Shown here one piece after another: positions 1 to 8,271 of a stretch of DNA of 20,000 nucleotides; position 1 is the stretch's first letter; each line of letters begins with the position of its first letter. The notes under the pieces were generated by a model. The model worked only from the letters and a program-made list of their open reading frames with translations, was not told where the DNA came from and did not search any database. The translations under genes were made by a program, and so were the position numbers. This DNA comes from an uncultured virus (IMG/VR IMGVR_UViG_3300032088_001800) (Duplodnaviria; Heunggongvirae; Uroviricota; Caudoviricetes): positions 115,384 to 135,383 of the IMG/VR virus record IMGVR_UViG_3300032088_001800; one strand, 5' to 3'.

Positions 1-2
1 CC

Positions 3-386
3 GATAATGCTAATGATAAGACATGGGATTCTGGCTTCAATATACAAACATCACAAACTACTGACGCAGGCCCAACACTAAATGCTGTTAGGTATAGATT
101 TTTAGGCTCTGGCGATCCTCATTTTATGAACGGTACTAGTATAGACGTAGATGATGTTTGGGTAGAAATTACTGACTCTAATATTAATACATCTAGTGCT
201 AATCCATCAAATTACGGAACTATACAAGGCATGGTATTACAAAGTCAATCTTTGGATAATCCAACTATCGTATGGCTCGGTGCTGCATCAGGAGCAGATG
301 CTGTTCTAGGCGGAAGTTCATGGCATTTGGTAAACGATATTAATACAATATATAGGCTAGGTAACTTTGTACCTTACACAGGATAA
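3..386 (+). CDS. C-terminal part of a probable virion structural/tail-associated protein (5'-truncated by the window)
   Basis: The frame of ORF 126..386 is open back to position 3 (DNANDKTWDSGFNIQ...), so the gene starts upstream of the window. S/T/N/G-rich composition and structural-gene neighbourhood. Confidence 0.6.
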   Translation, partial: DNANDKTWDSGFNIQTSQTTDAGPTLNAVRYRFLGSGDPHFMNGTSIDVDDVWVEITDSNINTSSANPSNYGTIQGMVLQSQSLDNPTIVWLGAASGADAVLGGSSWHLVNDINTIYRLGNFVPYTG

Positions 387-390
387 TATT

Positions 391-1965
391 ATGGAAAAAG
401 AATACATTGTAATTGTTAAAAAAGGAATAGACCTAGAAGTATTTGATGCTGAAATGGCAGCAAATCAAGGACACGGCCCTATTCCTAACAGGCAAGTTGT
501 AATTGCTAACCCTAGACATGCATCTAAGCGCATGACACATTGGATGCTTACTGACGAAGAAGCAAATGAATTACGCAATGACCCGAGAGTACTTGAAATA
601 GAAATACCACCTGAATACCGTAATGACATTGAAATTGGGCTAAATGCTTCACAAAGTTTTAACTTTAGCAAAACTACACAACCTGTTAACACAAATGCAA
701 ATTGGGGATTACGTAGAACTAATAGTGCTACAAACAATTACGGATCGTCAAACGATCCTGATACACAAGTTTACGAATATGCACTTGACGGCGCAGGTGT
801 AGATATAGTAATTCAAGATACTGGAATACAAGCAGATCACCCTGAATGGGAAGATGCTAACGGTGTTAGTAGATTGCAACAAATTGACTGGTTTACTGCT
901 AGTGGATTACCTGGCGCAATGCCAACTAATCATTATACTGACTTTCATGGACACGGTACTCACTGTGCAGGCGGCAGTGCAGGCAAAACATACGGCTTTG
1001 CCAAAGGTGCAGCAATATATGCAATGAAGGTTGACGGTTTACAAGGACCAACTGATCCTAATGGCGGCATATCAATTGCAGATTGTTTTGATACAATTAA
1101 AGAATGGCACAACAACAAAACAAATGGACGCCCGACTATAGTTAATATGAGCTGGGGATATAGCGGTACTCGTACACAAACAAACCCAACAGGCGGCACC
1201 TATAGAGGAACACCCTGGACTTACAATGCAGAAACTGGTAACGAACTTTGGGCAGCATATGGTATTGTCCCGCAATTAAATAGCGGCGGCCTTGTAGCTA
1301 GACGTATACCAGTAAGAGTAGCATCAGTTGATACTGATATAGAAGAACTTATTGATGCTGGTGTACATGTTGTTATTGCAAGCGGAAATTCATATTACAA
1401 GATTGATGAGCCTACAGGCGATGATTATAACAATCAGGTAGATTTAGGAAATGGTAACGAAACTTATCACCGAGGTAGTAGTCCTTATTCAACAGAGGCA
1501 TTTATAGTAGGTAATATAGATAGTACTACTACAAGCATTAGCGGAACACCAAGAGACAAAACAGCCGGAAGTAGTTGTAAAGGTCCTGGAGTAAATATTT
1601 GGGCACCAGGAACAGATATAATAAGTTCAGCTAGTGGAACAACAGTTTTTGGCGCTTCAACAGGTGCCTACGATGATAACTTTAATCTAGCAAACATAAG
1701 CGGCACAAGTATGGCAGCGCCACAAGTTGCTGGATTGGCATGTTTGCATTTACAAGTAAAACCTAAACTAACACCAGCTGAATTGTTTAATAGAATTGTT
1801 GCTGATACAAAGGCAGAAATATACGATACTGGACTTGATAACGATTATAGTGCATTTTCAACATCAATTATGGGATCTGCAAATAGAATGCTTTACAGTA
1901 AATATGGTATACAACCTATTACTGTTGCAAGTAATATAACTAACACAAACGTAAATACAGGATAA
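391..1965 (+). CDS. Subtilisin-like serine protease (peptidase S8) with probable N-terminal I9-like prodomain
   Basis: Catalytic motifs VDIVIQDTG (Asp), HGHGTHCAG (His), ASGN (oxyanion Asn) and SGTSMAAPQVAG (Ser). Start placed at ATG 391 (MEKEYIV) after AGGA; the track start at 367 overlaps the upstream gene. Confidence 0.93.
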   Translation: MEKEYIVIVKKGIDLEVFDAEMAANQGHGPIPNRQVVIANPRHASKRMTHWMLTDEEANELRNDPRVLEIEIPPEYRNDIEIGLNASQSFNFSKTTQPVNTNANWGLRRTNSATNNYGSSNDPDTQVYEYALDGAGVDIVIQDTGIQADHPEWEDANGVSRLQQIDWFTASGLPGAMPTNHYTDFHGHGTHCAGGSAGKTYGFAKGAAIYAMKVDGLQGPTDPNGGISIADCFDTIKEWHNNKTNGRPTIVNMSWGYSGTRTQTNPTGGTYRGTPWTYNAETGNELWAAYGIVPQLNSGGLVARRIPVRVASVDTDIEELIDAGVHVVIASGNSYYKIDEPTGDDYNNQVDLGNGNETYHRGSSPYSTEAFIVGNIDSTTTSISGTPRDKTAGSSCKGPGVNIWAPGTDIISSASGTTVFGASTGAYDDNFNLANISGTSMAAPQVAGLACLHLQVKPKLTPAELFNRIVADTKAEIYDTGLDNDYSAFSTSIMGSANRMLYSKYGIQPITVASNITNTNVNTG

Positions 1966-1968
1966 ATA
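1961..1968 (+). promoter_or_regulatory. T4-like late promoter (GATAAATA)
   Basis: Matches the motif seen before most structural genes here (T4 consensus TATAAATA). Contains the TAA stop of the S8 gene and is followed by an AAGGA SD and ATG 1985. Confidence 0.7.
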
Positions 1969-1984
1969 TAAAAAAGGATTAATT

Positions 1985-2827
1985 ATGGCTAAATTTGATT
2001 TTCCAACATCACCAAGTGTGAATGACGTATATACATCAAATAATACAACTTGGCAATGGGACGGAACAGCATGGAATGTTGTGACTACATCAGCACCTTT
2101 AGCGGCACAGAATGTTTGGACAACAATTAATTCAGATAGCGGCCAAACAAGTGCTAATACTACAAGCGATGAACTTACTATTACAGGCGGAACTGATATA
2201 GGTACTGCTATAGTAGGAGATGTAATTACAATTAACTACACAGGTTCAGGCGGCGGTGGAGGCGGAAGCAGTTATACAAACTCTGATGTTGATACACACT
2301 TGAATACATCTTCAGCAAGCACCAATGAAATACTAAGCTGGAACGGCAGTGACTATGCATGGGTAGCTGACCAAACTGGTAGTGGTGGCGGTGGTGGCTC
2401 TAGTACATTTAGTGGTACTACTGATGCTACAGCAGCAGGACTAAATGTTGCTAAAATATATGAACCTGCTATAGCTATGTTACGAGTTGATAATGTAGGA
2501 GCAACTTCTTATACTTTTGAACCGCATTATTTAGGTAATAATCCTACAATATATGCACTAAGTGGCACAACAATTGCATTTGATTTGACTAATGTTGGCG
2601 GACATCCTTTTGAAATACAAGACGGATCAGGAACAGCATATAACACAGGTGTTGTTCATGTCAGTACAACAGGAACAGTTACAACTGGTGCAGCAGCCCA
2701 AGGTAATTCAAGCGGGGTGTTATATTGGAGAATACCAGAAACACTATTTGGATCATATAGATATCAATGCCAATCTCATGTTTCAATGGTTGGTGCAATT
2801 AGCCTTAAAAGACTAAGCGTTATTTGA
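1985..2827 (+). CDS. Virion fibre-like structural protein with C-terminal cupredoxin-like domain
   Basis: N-terminal FPTSPSVNDVYT..WQWDGTAW and EILSWNGSDYAWV fibre-type motifs, Gly-rich linkers, and C-terminal GHPF...YQCQSHVSM (His...Cys-x2-His-x2-Met). Confidence 0.7.
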   Translation: MAKFDFPTSPSVNDVYTSNNTTWQWDGTAWNVVTTSAPLAAQNVWTTINSDSGQTSANTTSDELTITGGTDIGTAIVGDVITINYTGSGGGGGGSSYTNSDVDTHLNTSSASTNEILSWNGSDYAWVADQTGSGGGGGSSTFSGTTDATAAGLNVAKIYEPAIAMLRVDNVGATSYTFEPHYLGNNPTIYALSGTTIAFDLTNVGGHPFEIQDGSGTAYNTGVVHVSTTGTVTTGAAAQGNSSGVLYWRIPETLFGSYRYQCQSHVSMVGAISLKRLSVI

Positions 2828-3091
2828 TTTACTATAATCGTCAAGCAACTTTCTAGCTTGAGCTCTTATAATATTCATCTGTGTTCTTGGCTCTTGCATC
2901 AAAGCAGGCGTAATATGACCATTAGGATTAGTAGTATGACCGACATCAATCATGTCAACTAATTCAACTAACTTGTCAGTAAGCATATTTAGGTCTGCTT
3001 TAATTTTTTGATCTTTAACTTTCTTTGCAGAATCTCTAAGCGTCTTTACTTCTTGTATATGCTTAGAATGTTTTTGTAATTTAGGTAACAT
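2813..3091 (-). CDS. Hypothetical protein (helical, basic)
   Basis: 92-aa ORF with AAGGA SD, last gene of the minus-strand operon; its 3' end overlaps the convergent fibre gene by 15 nt. Confidence 0.7.
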   Translation of the reverse strand: MLPKLQKHSKHIQEVKTLRDSAKKVKDQKIKADLNMLTDKLVELVDMIDVGHTTNPNGHITPALMQEPRTQMNIIRAQARKLLDDYSKSNNA

Positions 3092-3093
3092 CT

Positions 3094-3450
3094 TTATTCC
3101 TTAACTCCTGAGGGCACAATATAAAATTCATCATTCTCTACACTATTACTTACTTCTGATATACTACTTTGAGCATTTAGTGCAGTAAGCTGGTAGGGCT
3201 TATTTGTATTTATATTAAATGTAGAGCCTTCTGTTAGTTCAATATCGTACATTTGACCATCTGCTGTATCAATATGCCTTAATTGAAATGTACCTGAATT
3301 TACAAAAAACGTTTTCAATGTATTGTTATGATATTGCATAGGTGTTCTACTACCTGCTTCTTTAAACACTAAAATCTTACCTTTGTATAATTCAGTATTT
3401 GCCCAAACTATTTCATTACCCCATTCATGTTGTACAACATTGCCGTCCAT
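3094..3450 (-). CDS. Cupin-fold protein (mannose-6-phosphate-isomerase-like), degenerate metal site
   Basis: WGNEIVWANTELYKGKILVF..GSRTPMQYH..TFFVNSG and GSTFNI..PYQLTA follow cupin motif spacing; coupled to the Nudix gene by a TAATG overlap. Confidence 0.7.
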   Translation of the reverse strand: MDGNVVQHEWGNEIVWANTELYKGKILVFKEAGSRTPMQYHNNTLKTFFVNSGTFQLRHIDTADGQMYDIELTEGSTFNINTNKPYQLTALNAQSSISEVSNSVENDEFYIVPSGVKE

Positions 3451-3884
3451 TACAAATATCCTATTAATTTAAAAACTGTATCTAATTTTGTTAAGTTTGT
3501 TTTGCTAGTAAGTGTATTTCTTAATCCGTGATGTAATGGCTTAGGCCATTTTCCTAATTCGACCCAAGCATAACCATTGTGTTCACTATTAAGTACAGGT
3601 AAAAACTCGTTGTCAATAACACACAAATATGTATGAAACAAGAACATTTCGTCATTAGATATAAATGTTTCTAATGGAATAGTTTTTTTGATTTCAGGCA
3701 ACGACCCTATTTCTTCTACAATTTCTCGCTGTAGTCCTTCCCAAGGTGTTTCTACACCTTCGTTGGTTCCGCCAACAAGTCCCCACATATTACTACGTTT
3801 ACCGTTAGCTCTATGTAGAAGTAAGAATCTTTTTGTAGATAACGAATAGAATAGTGCTCCGCTACAGATTATTTTTTCACTCAT
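3450..3884 (-). CDS. Nudix hydrolase
   Basis: Intact Nudix box G-x5-E-x7-REUxEExG (GTNEGVETPWEGLQREIVEEIG) plus the C-terminal LNSEHNGYAW signature. Confidence 0.93.
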   Translation of the reverse strand: MSEKIICSGALFYSLSTKRFLLLHRANGKRSNMWGLVGGTNEGVETPWEGLQREIVEEIGSLPEIKKTIPLETFISNDEMFLFHTYLCVIDNEFLPVLNSEHNGYAWVELGKWPKPLHHGLRNTLTSKTNLTKLDTVFKLIGYL

Positions 3885-3889
3885 AAAAA

Positions 3890-3897
3890 TAATTATC
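3890..3897 (-). promoter_or_regulatory. Late promoter variant (GATAATTA), 5 nt upstream of the Nudix ATG
   Basis: Minus strand reads GGATAATTA-TTTTT-ATG; no SD; overlaps the stop codon of the gp15-like gene; same spacing as other leaderless cases. Confidence 0.5.
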
Positions 3898-5314
3898 CGT
3901 AGAGGTCTACTCTCCAGCTTCCTATTGGATATTCACCGTCAACACTTGCAAACCAAGATCCGTTGCTAAATCGGTATTGAACACCAGTAGTTAAATTTGT
4001 AGTATAAGAAGTTTCAGTAACTTCACTAGAATCAAATACTATACTCCAATTCGTGCCGCTCCATTCAACTATATCATTAGCATCGGCTACAAAATTAACA
4101 CCACCAGCATTTTGCCAAGCAGCAGGACCTTCTGTATTATCAGCGTCACCTATAGATTCTAATAATAGTATACGTGTTCCGGCTACCTTTACTGAAGTAG
4201 GATTAAATGTAAGAGGATCAATAATATAATCAATACTTGTACGGTCGCCATTTGGACCACTTATAACAGTATCGTCTGGAAAACTATCTTCGTCCCAATT
4301 AATAATTAATTTAGTTTCGTCTAGTGTGTTAATACCTATAGTACCTGTAATTAGTACATTAGTATCTTTGTTAGTTAAGAAAATTCTAGAAATATCTGCT
4401 TTATATGTTCCTGGTAAGTTTTCAACTAATCCTCGCCAACTGTATTGACCAACAGCACCTCTTGCAATAATTTGTGCTACGTTTCCAGATACATATACAC
4501 CCATTCTTTGATAGTTAGTATTGGCCATTTGATCAGCAACTTCTGTAGTAGTTTTTGTACCATAATCACCAGTAGTTGAGCCTGGCGTTGGAAAGTCGTC
4601 GTAAGCTGATAGTTCTGGAAAACTTTCACCTAAATCAATAGTACCTTTATTTTCATCAAACATACTTGTAATAATATTTGTAATAGCACCCATACGTTTA
4701 ACTTTTGCTGGAGGACTAATATAAATTGGCGCACTTAGTGTAAGTGTTGCTATATCAATTTCGCTGTCAACTCCAACTGGAATACTTCTATTTGTAAATT
4801 GTAAGTTTTCTAAATTTACAACTGATAAACTTGTCCAGTCTATATAATTATCTGTAGTTTGTATTTCCAAACTAGGATTAAATAATACTAATATTTGTTC
4901 TAGTATTTGTAACTTTTGATCAGTATTACTAGTCCAAATATCTACATTGACACGTAGTAAATATGGTGTCGGCATAATTCTTTCTATAGTAAAACTTTTG
5001 CCTTTGTAATTATCATATTCTTCATTTTCGTCATTGTATGCACGTTCAACTATATTTGTTTTTCTAACATAGGTTGCATCTGCAAGTCTGTCTCTATCCA
5101 TTTCAAGTGCAGTAATATAAACTGCCATACGTGGCGCACTAGGTAATTTATTTTCACTATTATCTCTAATAATATTTGAAACTTGTCGTGTAAGATCACC
5201 GTACATAACAGGTACTTGCTTTAATGTACCATCCATGTCAATTGAAAAATTACTACATAGTCTAATTACTTGTGTAATATATCTTCTAATTTGTCCGTCA
5301 TAAAAATGCAGCAT
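3893..5314 (-). CDS. Tail terminator / sheath-stabilising protein (T4 gp15-like) with C-terminal extension
   Basis: N-terminal HFYDGQIRRYI..VPVMYG, PRMAVYITALEMD, PTPYLLRVNVDIWT, QILEQILVLFNP resemble gp15-family motifs; adjacent to neck genes. Confidence 0.78.
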   Translation of the reverse strand: MLHFYDGQIRRYITQVIRLCSNFSIDMDGTLKQVPVMYGDLTRQVSNIIRDNSENKLPSAPRMAVYITALEMDRDRLADATYVRKTNIVERAYNDENEEYDNYKGKSFTIERIMPTPYLLRVNVDIWTSNTDQKLQILEQILVLFNPSLEIQTTDNYIDWTSLSVVNLENLQFTNRSIPVGVDSEIDIATLTLSAPIYISPPAKVKRMGAITNIITSMFDENKGTIDLGESFPELSAYDDFPTPGSTTGDYGTKTTTEVADQMANTNYQRMGVYVSGNVAQIIARGAVGQYSWRGLVENLPGTYKADISRIFLTNKDTNVLITGTIGINTLDETKLIINWDEDSFPDDTVISGPNGDRTSIDYIIDPLTFNPTSVKVAGTRILLLESIGDADNTEGPAAWQNAGGVNFVADANDIVEWSGTNWSIVFDSSEVTETSYTTNLTTGVQYRFSNGSWFASVDGEYPIGSWRVDLYG

Positions 5315-6477
5315 TAGTTATCCGCCTTTGGTTTAAGTGCTTTTGATAAACTCTGTCTTTCTTCAATTGTTTCACCATTAATGTCATTTGTAGCTTCGTT
5401 GTTAATAAATTGTGTTTTGTAGGTATTTCTTACAATCTCATTGCTCATTGTCATTCTTACATCTTGTGCTTGATTAACCCATTTTCTGCCATCATATCTA
5501 AATAATCTATTTGGCAAGAAGTCTGACCTTAAAAAATAGTCGCCTTGTTCAGCTTGCCGTGGAAATTGTATACCCATACCGTAAGGAGCTCCGTTTGGCG
5601 CATCTTTTGTGCCTAACAAATAGCCACTATATCCTGCTCTATCTGGACGATCAGTAACTTCAGATGCATCAGTTGAAATATTACTTGCATCTAAATCAGC
5701 ATCGTCTGCTGTCTTAAGATTAACAGTACCGTCATCATTATATGCAACAGAATAGTAATGACTTATATCATACCCACTAAGTGGAGCATCTGCTTCTGCT
5801 TGTTGTACTACAGCATTATTAATTTGCATCTCTTTTTCATATGTTGACAGAACATCTCTAAGAGTATTGCCGCCTGGCTCCTCTTCATTAGCAGGTAAGT
5901 CTAATATATCTTTAAATTCTTGTCCATCGTATATTTGCTTTAATTTAAGTCTATATAGATGCGGATACCAAGTTGGCGAAAAGCCTTCTGCTGCACGATT
6001 AACATCTTCAACTACATAGAATCTTTTAAGTGCAACACTATAATCATTTTCTGCGTATTCGTCCTTCAAATGCGGCAATTCGATGACATCACCTGACATA
6101 ATTTTCCTACCAAGGGTCTTTACACTACTGTTAATGTGTATAGTCATCATCAATGTATCATTACTTAGAAATAATCCAAATTGACTTAAATCAAAGTCAA
6201 TATCTTGAACATTGTAAATAGCTCGCATTTCATAAATATCCGGATCATATTTTCTATCTCTATTTTCAAGAAATAATAGATCCTGTATATTAGATTCTGA
6301 TGACTGATCATACCTTGGTTGGTCAGCAGTTGCATCTGATTCATCAGGGTTTGATGCTCCAATATACTTGTGTATATTGATATCTGTACCACCAATAGTA
6401 AACATCTCTAGAATTTGATTATCTAGAAATTTGTAATCAGCGCCACGTTCGGGTTTGTATAATGATAGTCTTGGCAT
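5314..6477 (-). CDS. Neck/head-closure protein (T4 gp14-like) with C-terminal extension
   Basis: LSQFGLFLSNDTLMMTIH, GDVIELPHL, FYVVEDV...HLYRLKL resemble gp14 family; lies between gp13-like and gp15-like genes. Start placed at ATG 6477 (MPRLSL) because ATG 6483 overlaps the promoter. Confidence 0.7.
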   Translation of the reverse strand: MPRLSLYKPERGADYKFLDNQILEMFTIGGTDINIHKYIGASNPDESDATADQPRYDQSSESNIQDLLFLENRDRKYDPDIYEMRAIYNVQDIDFDLSQFGLFLSNDTLMMTIHINSSVKTLGRKIMSGDVIELPHLKDEYAENDYSVALKRFYVVEDVNRAAEGFSPTWYPHLYRLKLKQIYDGQEFKDILDLPANEEEPGGNTLRDVLSTYEKEMQINNAVVQQAEADAPLSGYDISHYYSVAYNDDGTVNLKTADDADLDASNISTDASEVTDRPDRAGYSGYLLGTKDAPNGAPYGMGIQFPRQAEQGDYFLRSDFLPNRLFRYDGRKWVNQAQDVRMTMSNEIVRNTYKTQFINNEATNDINGETIEERQSLSKALKPKADN

Positions 6478-6482
6478 ATACA

Positions 6483-6496
6483 TATTTAGCTAAATA
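6483..6496. promoter_or_regulatory. Bidirectional late promoter: perfect palindrome TATTTAGCTAAATA
   Basis: GCTAAATA on both strands (plus 6489-6496, minus 6490-6483) in the 35-bp gap between divergent neck genes. Confidence 0.75.
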
Positions 6497-6512
6497 CTAA
6501 TGGAGAATATAT

Positions 6513-7271
6513 ATGTCGAATTTAGTAACTCAGAAACAAGAAGTGTTTGATTATGTTAATGCCTTCCTCGGAGGTGGCATGATTGATGTCGAACTTGATC
6601 CAATACATTATGAAACAGCTTTGCAAAAGGCATTGAGTCGCTTTAGACAGCGTTCAGATAATTCAGTAGAAGAATCATACTTGTTTATGCCCACAGTGGT
6701 AGACCAAAATGAATATACATTGCCGCATGAAGTAATGGAAGTACGAAAGTTATTTCGTAGATCAATTGGTTCACGAACCGGCGGCGGAGATGGCGGTAGT
6801 TTATTTGAACCCTTTAACTTAGCATATACAAATACATACTTGCTGTCAGGATCTAAAATGGGAGGTCTAGCAACATATGATATGTTCTCTCAACACCAAG
6901 AACTAGTAGGTAGAATGTTTGGATCATTTATTGAGTTTACTTGGAATAATACAACTAAAAAATTAACATTACTACAACGCCCTAGAGCAGAAGAAACGCT
7001 ACTAATATATGCATACAACTTACGTCCTGATTCAGAATTATTAAACGACTATCTAGCAAAACAATGGATTAAAGATTATACATTAGCAGGCTGTAAATAT
7101 ATGTTAGGCGAAGCACGTAGTAAGTTTGCTACTATTGCTGGACCACAAGGTGGTTCTACCTTAAACGGAGAAACACTCAAAGCAGAAGCACAAGCTGAAA
7201 TGGAAAAGCTAGAACAAGAAGTAGGACTAGCAGTTGCAGGCGGAACTGGATACGGATTCTTAATCGGATAA
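6513..7271 (+). CDS. Neck protein / head-tail adaptor (T4 gp13-like)
   Basis: LGGGMIDVEL N-terminal motif and WIKDYTLA..K..LGEARSKF..GPQGGSTLNG...AEMEKLE C-terminal signature; GGAGA SD. Confidence 0.85.
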   Translation: MSNLVTQKQEVFDYVNAFLGGGMIDVELDPIHYETALQKALSRFRQRSDNSVEESYLFMPTVVDQNEYTLPHEVMEVRKLFRRSIGSRTGGGDGGSLFEPFNLAYTNTYLLSGSKMGGLATYDMFSQHQELVGRMFGSFIEFTWNNTTKKLTLLQRPRAEETLLIYAYNLRPDSELLNDYLAKQWIKDYTLAGCKYMLGEARSKFATIAGPQGGSTLNGETLKAEAQAEMEKLEQEVGLAVAGGTGYGFLIG

Positions 7272-7276
7272 AACGG

Positions 7277-7305
7277 TTGACATACTGGCTTATGTAGTAT
7301 ATACT
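7277..7305 (+). promoter_or_regulatory. Sigma70-type (early) promoter
   Basis: TTGACA (7277-7282), 17-nt spacer, TATACT (7300-7305); AAGGAG SD follows at 7322-7327. Confidence 0.85.
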
Positions 7306-7333
7306 GTAAAGTATATTCAATAAGGAGTCGTTA

Positions 7334-7879
7334 GTGTTACCCAAACTATTAGTCGTAGGACATGGCCGTCACGGCAAAGATACTGTATGCGAAATGCTAG
7401 AAGCATACGGATACACATTTCAATCATCAAGTAAATTTTGTTCAGAACTTTTTATCTATAAAGATTTAAAAGAACAATACGGGTATGCCAACGAAGAAGA
7501 ATGTTATACAGATAGACATAATCATCGTACTGAATGGTACAATATGATACATAATTATTGTAGTGATGATTTAGCAAAGTTAGGACGTAACCTATTTGCT
7601 AAACATGACATTTATTGTGGACTACGAAACAAGCGTGAATTTTTTGCAATGCAAAATGAAGAAATATTTGATTATGCTATATGGGTAGATAGAACAGACC
7701 ATTTACCTTTAGAAAGTTATCAGTCAATGAGCATTGAACAATGGATGTGTAATTATACTATTGATAATAATGGTACGTTAGATAGACTAGAAAAAAATGT
7801 TGATACACTAATCAAAACAATATTTAAAAATCAGGGCGTAAGTCTCCCTGTTTCCACACAGCTCCCTCTTTTTGTATAA
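7334..7879 (+). CDS. P-loop deoxynucleoside-monophosphate-kinase-like protein (T4 gp1-like)
   Basis: N-terminal Walker A LLVVGHGRHGKDT, GLRNKREF, and C-terminal IDNNGTLDRL typical of phage dNMP kinases; GTG start with AAGGAG SD. Confidence 0.72.
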   Translation: MLPKLLVVGHGRHGKDTVCEMLEAYGYTFQSSSKFCSELFIYKDLKEQYGYANEEECYTDRHNHRTEWYNMIHNYCSDDLAKLGRNLFAKHDIYCGLRNKREFFAMQNEEIFDYAIWVDRTDHLPLESYQSMSIEQWMCNYTIDNNGTLDRLEKNVDTLIKTIFKNQGVSLPVSTQLPLFV

Positions 7880-8159
7880 CACGCTGACAATTAGCACAAA
7901 CTGTTTTTAAATTACTAGGTCTACAATTATTAAGATCACCGTCTATGTGGAACACATTAAACTGTTCTTGGTGCTTACTTGTATAACTACATTTTTCACA
8001 AATGTTCTTTTTGATATAACCTTTTTGTTTCCATTTAGGTATGCCGTGACCTATTCCGTTACGCAAGCAAGTTTCGCACAACTTACGATAATATACTTTA
8101 TTGTGTTTTTTATAATTTATTGCTGCCGGACGTTGCCCGCATTTACATAATGGACGCAT
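7824..8159 (-). CDS. Zn-binding HNH-nuclease-like protein
   Basis: CxC, CxxC, CxxC, then FHIDGDLNNCRPSNLKTVCANC (HNH-type motif); late promoter upstream. Confidence 0.75.
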   Translation of the reverse strand: MRPLCKCGQRPAAINYKKHNKVYYRKLCETCLRNGIGHGIPKWKQKGYIKKNICEKCSYTSKHQEQFNVFHIDGDLNNCRPSNLKTVCANCQRVIQKEGAVWKQGDLRPDF

Positions 8160-8164
8160 ACTTG

Positions 8165-8172
8165 TATTTACC
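8165..8172 (-). promoter_or_regulatory. Late promoter (GGTAAATA), 5 nt upstream of the HNH ATG
   Basis: Minus strand reads GGTAAATA-CAAGT-ATG. Confidence 0.6.
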
Positions 8173-8227
8173 TCACCTTTTCGATACCTTTTTCGGTGTG
8201 ATTATAGCACTGATTTGTTCAAGACGT

Positions 8228-8235
8228 GCTAAATA
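8228..8235 (+). promoter_or_regulatory. Late promoter (GCTAAATA) for tail sheath
   Basis: Motif match upstream of an AGGAGA SD (8260-8265) and ATG 8272. Confidence 0.72.
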
Positions 8236-8271
8236 CATGTAATACAACAACCGTCCAATAGGAGAATCAAT

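Noticed and set aside
465..1275. Short antisense ORFs inside the S8 gene, and similar ones within the sheath, terL and 655-aa genes
   Set aside because: Shadow ORFs of strongly coding genes; no SD, promoter or recognisable motifs.
2245..2400. GGCGGT/GGTGGC repeats
   Set aside because: They encode poly-Gly linkers; not a CRISPR array or a DNA-level repeat element.
5315..5322. GATAACTA late-promoter-like motif on the minus strand before the gp15-like gene
   Set aside because: It abuts the ATG with zero spacing, so a transcript would start inside the gene; the TAATG overlap is adequately explained by translational coupling.
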